Below are positions 22,831 through 25,692 of a DNA stretch of 25,692 bases, in pieces. The notes under the pieces are model-generated. The model saw nothing but the letters and a program-made list of their open reading frames with translations. It searched no databases and was not told the origin of the DNA. Within the stretch, counting starts at the first letter, position 1; each line of letters starts with the position of its first letter. Where the stretch lies: NCBI GenBank assembly GCA_964425505.1, contig CAYRME010000001.1:1-25692 (forward strand). The letters run 5' to 3'. The translations under genes were made by a program, and so were the position numbers. Source of the stretch: an uncultured Candidatus Saccharibacteria bacterium. Its GTDB lineage: Bacteria; Patescibacteriota; Minisyncoccia; Minisyncoccales; PWPS01.

Positions 22831-23328
22831 ATGAAAATAATTTCCGAAAAAAGGAATAAGGGTCTTACCATCATGGAGCTCATGGTAGTTCTTGTTATTA
22901 TTGCGGTCTTGACTTCTGTGATACTTGTTTCTTTTAATATGGCGAGGGAGAGAACGAGGGATGAAGTAATAAAGAGCGAGCTTGAGCAATTAATGGGAAT
23001 TGCCGAAACTGCCTATCATCCCGAATTGCAATATGAAGAACTTTATAAAATGAGAGAAGATGATCATGAGAATATAGTTACAATAAGGAATAGGATTGAG
23101 GATGATATGGGGCAAGACTTCAATTTTAATTTTCCCGAGGACTCAGTAGATTTTGATGGCTTTGATCAATATTGTGCGTATGTACGTCTTGTTTTTGAAG
23201 ATGAAAAGATGTTTTGCATAGATTACAGAGGGGTAGCTACTGCAAAGGAAGTTCCGAGAGGGGCAACCGAGTTAAATTGCCAAGAAAGAGATAGTAAATA
23301 TGCCGACTGTGACCGTATAGAAGAATAA
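22831..23328 (+). CDS. Type IV prepilin 6 (minor)
   Basis: RNKG|LTIMELMVVLVII, YCAY...FCID motif; ATG at 22831. Confidence 0.88.
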   Translation: MKIISEKRNKGLTIMELMVVLVIIAVLTSVILVSFNMARERTRDEVIKSELEQLMGIAETAYHPELQYEELYKMREDDHENIVTIRNRIEDDMGQDFNFNFPEDSVDFDGFDQYCAYVRLVFEDEKMFCIDYRGVATAKEVPRGATELNCQERDSKYADCDRIEE

Positions 23329-23338
23329 GTTGTGGTTA

Positions 23339-23367
23339 TTGCATTGTTTCAAAATTTTTTATATTAT
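23339..23367 (+). promoter_or_regulatory. Possible internal promoter for prepilin 7-pilD
   Basis: TTGCAT-17 nt-TATTAT in an AT-rich gap. Confidence 0.45.
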
Positions 23368-23404
23368 AAAGTAAGATAATTATTATTAGTCTAAAAAAAG
23401 ATTC

Positions 23405-23929
23405 ATGATACAGGAAAAAGAAAAAGGTGTTACTCTAATAGAACTTCTTACTGTTATCGTTATCATTGGTATCTTGGCTACCGTGGTACTTGTTTCTTTG
23501 GATTATGCAAGGGAAAGTGCCAGAGATTCCACTATTGAGCAACAAATGCATCAACTAAGAAATGTTGCCGAGGCCGCTTATACTTTTGAAGATGGATATG
23601 AAAGGCTGAATACTCTAATGGAAAGTTATGAGGAGGATGGGGAAGATAATGAATACGGAATGATAAAAAATCAGATAGAAGATGTTGCCGCCGAAGAGGT
23701 TTTGGACGATGAAAAGAAGGTAGATGTCGATGAAGCTTTTGAATTAAGGGTGAACGAAGGAGATAATTACAGTGAATATTGCGCTTACGCCTATCTTGTA
23801 ACGCATACCGATGAGGTTCATTGCATAGATTCTGCGGGAAACGCCGAGAGGATGGATACGGAAGAAGAAGCTGGTGTTAAGTGTGTAGAGGGTGTTGACT
23901 ATGTATGTGAGATAGAAGAAGGTTTCTAG
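23405..23929 (+). CDS. Type IV prepilin 7 (minor)
   Basis: KEKG|VTLIELLTVIVII, YCAY...HCID motif. Confidence 0.88.
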   Translation: MIQEKEKGVTLIELLTVIVIIGILATVVLVSLDYARESARDSTIEQQMHQLRNVAEAAYTFEDGYERLNTLMESYEEDGEDNEYGMIKNQIEDVAAEEVLDDEKKVDVDEAFELRVNEGDNYSEYCAYAYLVTHTDEVHCIDSAGNAERMDTEEEAGVKCVEGVDYVCEIEEGF

Positions 23930-23936
23930 GTGTGCT

Positions 23937-24740
23937 ATGTATTATGCGGTATTTCTTGTCTTTTTGGCAGGTCTCTTTCTAGGATCTTTTTTGAATTGCA
24001 TTATATATAGAACAAGCATCGGTAAGAAGCCCGAAGGAAGGTCTTATTGCCCCAAGTGCAAGCACACTTTACAGACCAGGGATCTTATTCCCCTCTTCAG
24101 CTTTCTTTTCCTTTTAGGGAAATGCAGATACTGCAAAAAAAAGATTTCTCTTGAGTACCCCCTTATAGAATTCTTAACGGGGGTGCTTTTTGTTTTTTCT
24201 GCGTCTCACTCCGGTTTTTTGACCTCCTTTCCCGCTGTTTCCACGGTGGAGGTTGCCATTATGGTGTATCTTTTTGCTATTTTTTTCTTTCTTCTCCTTA
24301 TCTTCTTCTATGATCTTAAATACTTCCTTATTCCCGATATTGCCGTTTTCTCTCTTATAGGACTCTCTTTCCTTTTCCTTTTTTCAGAATTTCTTTTCGA
24401 GGGAGACGTGGAAATTCTCATTCATGGAATTTTTGCCGCTCTGGGAGCTTTTCTTGTCTTCTTTCTTCTTTTTTATTTCACCAAAGGAAGAGGGATGGGA
24501 TTTGGTGATGTAAAATTCGTTGTTTTTATGGGTCTTTTTTTGGGGGTGCCTAATATAATTGCGGGGCTTTTTATTTCCTTTCTTTTGGGTGCTATAATAG
24601 GAATAATACTCATACTTTTTAAGAAAAAGGGAATGAAGAGCCAGATTCCCTTTGGGCCGTTCCTTGTTATCGGTACTCTCTTGGCTCTTTCCTTTGGAGA
24701 GACGATAATGGAATTCTATATTAACCACCTTCTCTACTAA
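23937..24740 (+). CDS. pilD: Prepilin peptidase PilD
   Basis: GSFLNCIIYR, RSYCPKC...KCRYC zinc motif, YDLKYFLIPD, GMGFGDVK catalytic Asp motif, IPFGPFL. Confidence 0.95.
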   Translation: MYYAVFLVFLAGLFLGSFLNCIIYRTSIGKKPEGRSYCPKCKHTLQTRDLIPLFSFLFLLGKCRYCKKKISLEYPLIEFLTGVLFVFSASHSGFLTSFPAVSTVEVAIMVYLFAIFFFLLLIFFYDLKYFLIPDIAVFSLIGLSFLFLFSEFLFEGDVEILIHGIFAALGAFLVFFLLFYFTKGRGMGFGDVKFVVFMGLFLGVPNIIAGLFISFLLGAIIGIILILFKKKGMKSQIPFGPFLVIGTLLALSFGETIMEFYINHLLY

Positions 24741-25291
24741 TGACTCAAAAAAAAGCTCCCAAAGAAAGAAGACAAGGACTTACTTTAATAGAATTAATGG
24801 TGGTCTTTGCGATTGTCATGGTCCTTATTGTTTATACCATTGCCGGATACTCCGGGGCTTTTCCGAGACTTGCCATGGAAAGAAATATTGAGACCCTAAA
24901 GAGTGATATTTACAGGGCAAGGGAGCGTGCCTATAGTTCTCTGGCTCATGATTATGAGGGAGAAATAAAGAATAGTAGCTACGGGATCCTTATAGAGAAT
25001 ACGGATGAAGGAGCTGATAGTTATACTTTTTTTAGAACTAAAGAGTCAAACAAAGAATACGGAGAAGGTGCGGTCAATGAAAGGGTTGTGGATCTTGAGG
25101 AAGGTATTCATATAGAAAGTGAAGAATATGAGGACCTTCATATACTGTTCTGTTCCGAAGAAAAAAAGGTTTATTTCAACGGTGAAAAGGCGGAAGGTGA
25201 TCTGGAGGTCACTCTCTCCTATGAAGGAGAAGAGTTTGATGATAGAATTCTCATAATCGATGAACAGGGAACTGTGGAGCTTGAATTCTGA
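24740..25291 (+). CDS. Minor pilin / pseudopilin (FimT/GspH-like)
   Basis: RRQG|LTLIELMVVFAI; starts in the pilD stop codon. Confidence 0.8.
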   Translation: MTQKKAPKERRQGLTLIELMVVFAIVMVLIVYTIAGYSGAFPRLAMERNIETLKSDIYRARERAYSSLAHDYEGEIKNSSYGILIENTDEGADSYTFFRTKESNKEYGEGAVNERVVDLEEGIHIESEEYEDLHILFCSEEKKVYFNGEKAEGDLEVTLSYEGEEFDDRILIIDEQGTVELEF

Positions 25292-25293
25292 CC

Positions 25294-25692
25294 ATGATCC
25301 CAAGGAAAAGAAAAAAAGAAGAGGGACTTACATTGGCGGAGCTAATGATAGCGATAGCTATCATTGTTCTTGCCGCAACATCTTTGGTTGTCTTGGGAGA
25401 CAGAACAGTTGCGGAAACAGAATTCTATTCAAGGTATAATACCGCTATTTTCTTGACCAAAGAAGGTATGGAGATATTGAGTGATGATACTGTTCGAGGA
25501 GAAGCGGATCCCGGAGACGGGGAGGAGTATTTTATAAACTATGAGGACAAGGGAGATGGTTTTCTTTGGGAGGATGAAAATAATGAATGTGAGGATACCA
25601 ATTTGGTTATTGTTGACGACTATTACAGTTATGGAGATGTTTATGAAACGAATTTTTCTAGTTTTGCCTACCTTGAAGAAAAATATGATAGC
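25294..25692 (+). CDS. Minor pilin (PilV-like), 3' partial; missing from the ORF track
   Basis: My translation: MIPRKRKKEEG|LTLAELMIAIAIIVLAATSLVVLG...AIFLTKEGMEIL..., open to the window end. Confidence 0.8.
   Translation, partial: MIPRKRKKEEGLTLAELMIAIAIIVLAATSLVVLGDRTVAETEFYSRYNTAIFLTKEGMEILSDDTVRGEADPGDGEEYFINYEDKGDGFLWEDENNECEDTNLVIVDDYYSYGDVYETNFSSFAYLEEKYDS

Noticed and set aside
65-25303. Numerous antisense and out-of-frame ORFs in the ORF track
   Set aside because: They overlap confidently identified genes and show no motifs; treated as shadows.
1-25692. Alternative genetic code (UGA recoded)
   Set aside because: Conserved long genes are intact under code 11 and several end in TGA at sensible positions.

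Overview
25.7 kb of a bacterial chromosome, probably from a Patescibacteria (CPR, Parcubacteria-like) organism. This is an inference from the pilMNO-pilB-pilT-pilC locus with no secretin in the window, tandem VirB2/TrbC-like pilins, a ValRS lacking its C-terminal arm and mostly Shine-Dalgarno-less starts; TGA is used as stop. The left half (1-11.9 kb) holds the gyrA 3' end, a SAM methyltransferase, three T4SS-type pilins, tRNA-Leu, hsp20, valS, tsaD, a tRNA cluster (Glu, Ser, Ser, Arg), recG and a membrane protein. The right half (12-25.7 kb) is a type IV pilus locus with a PilB carrying four tandem N-terminal modules, seven tandem acidic pilins (two from a near-exact 562 bp duplication), pilD and two more minor pilins. 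Most unusual non-coding signals: (1) an intact tRNA-Ser(TGA), bracketed by inverted repeats, nested in the anticodon loop of a second, disrupted tRNA-Ser-like gene whose T-loop is also interrupted; (2) hairpin-bearing tandem copies of the tRNA-Leu 3' end; (3) a modular set of dispersed intergenic repeats with 7-nt periodicity that also enters coding sequence (valS stop codon, tsaD loop); (4) a palindromic micro-insertion at a prepilin cleavage motif; (5) an AAAGGTCGT motif 22-26 nt upstream of four pilin starts. No transposase, integrase or CRISPR array is visible. All calls come from reading the sequence by eye; no searches were run.
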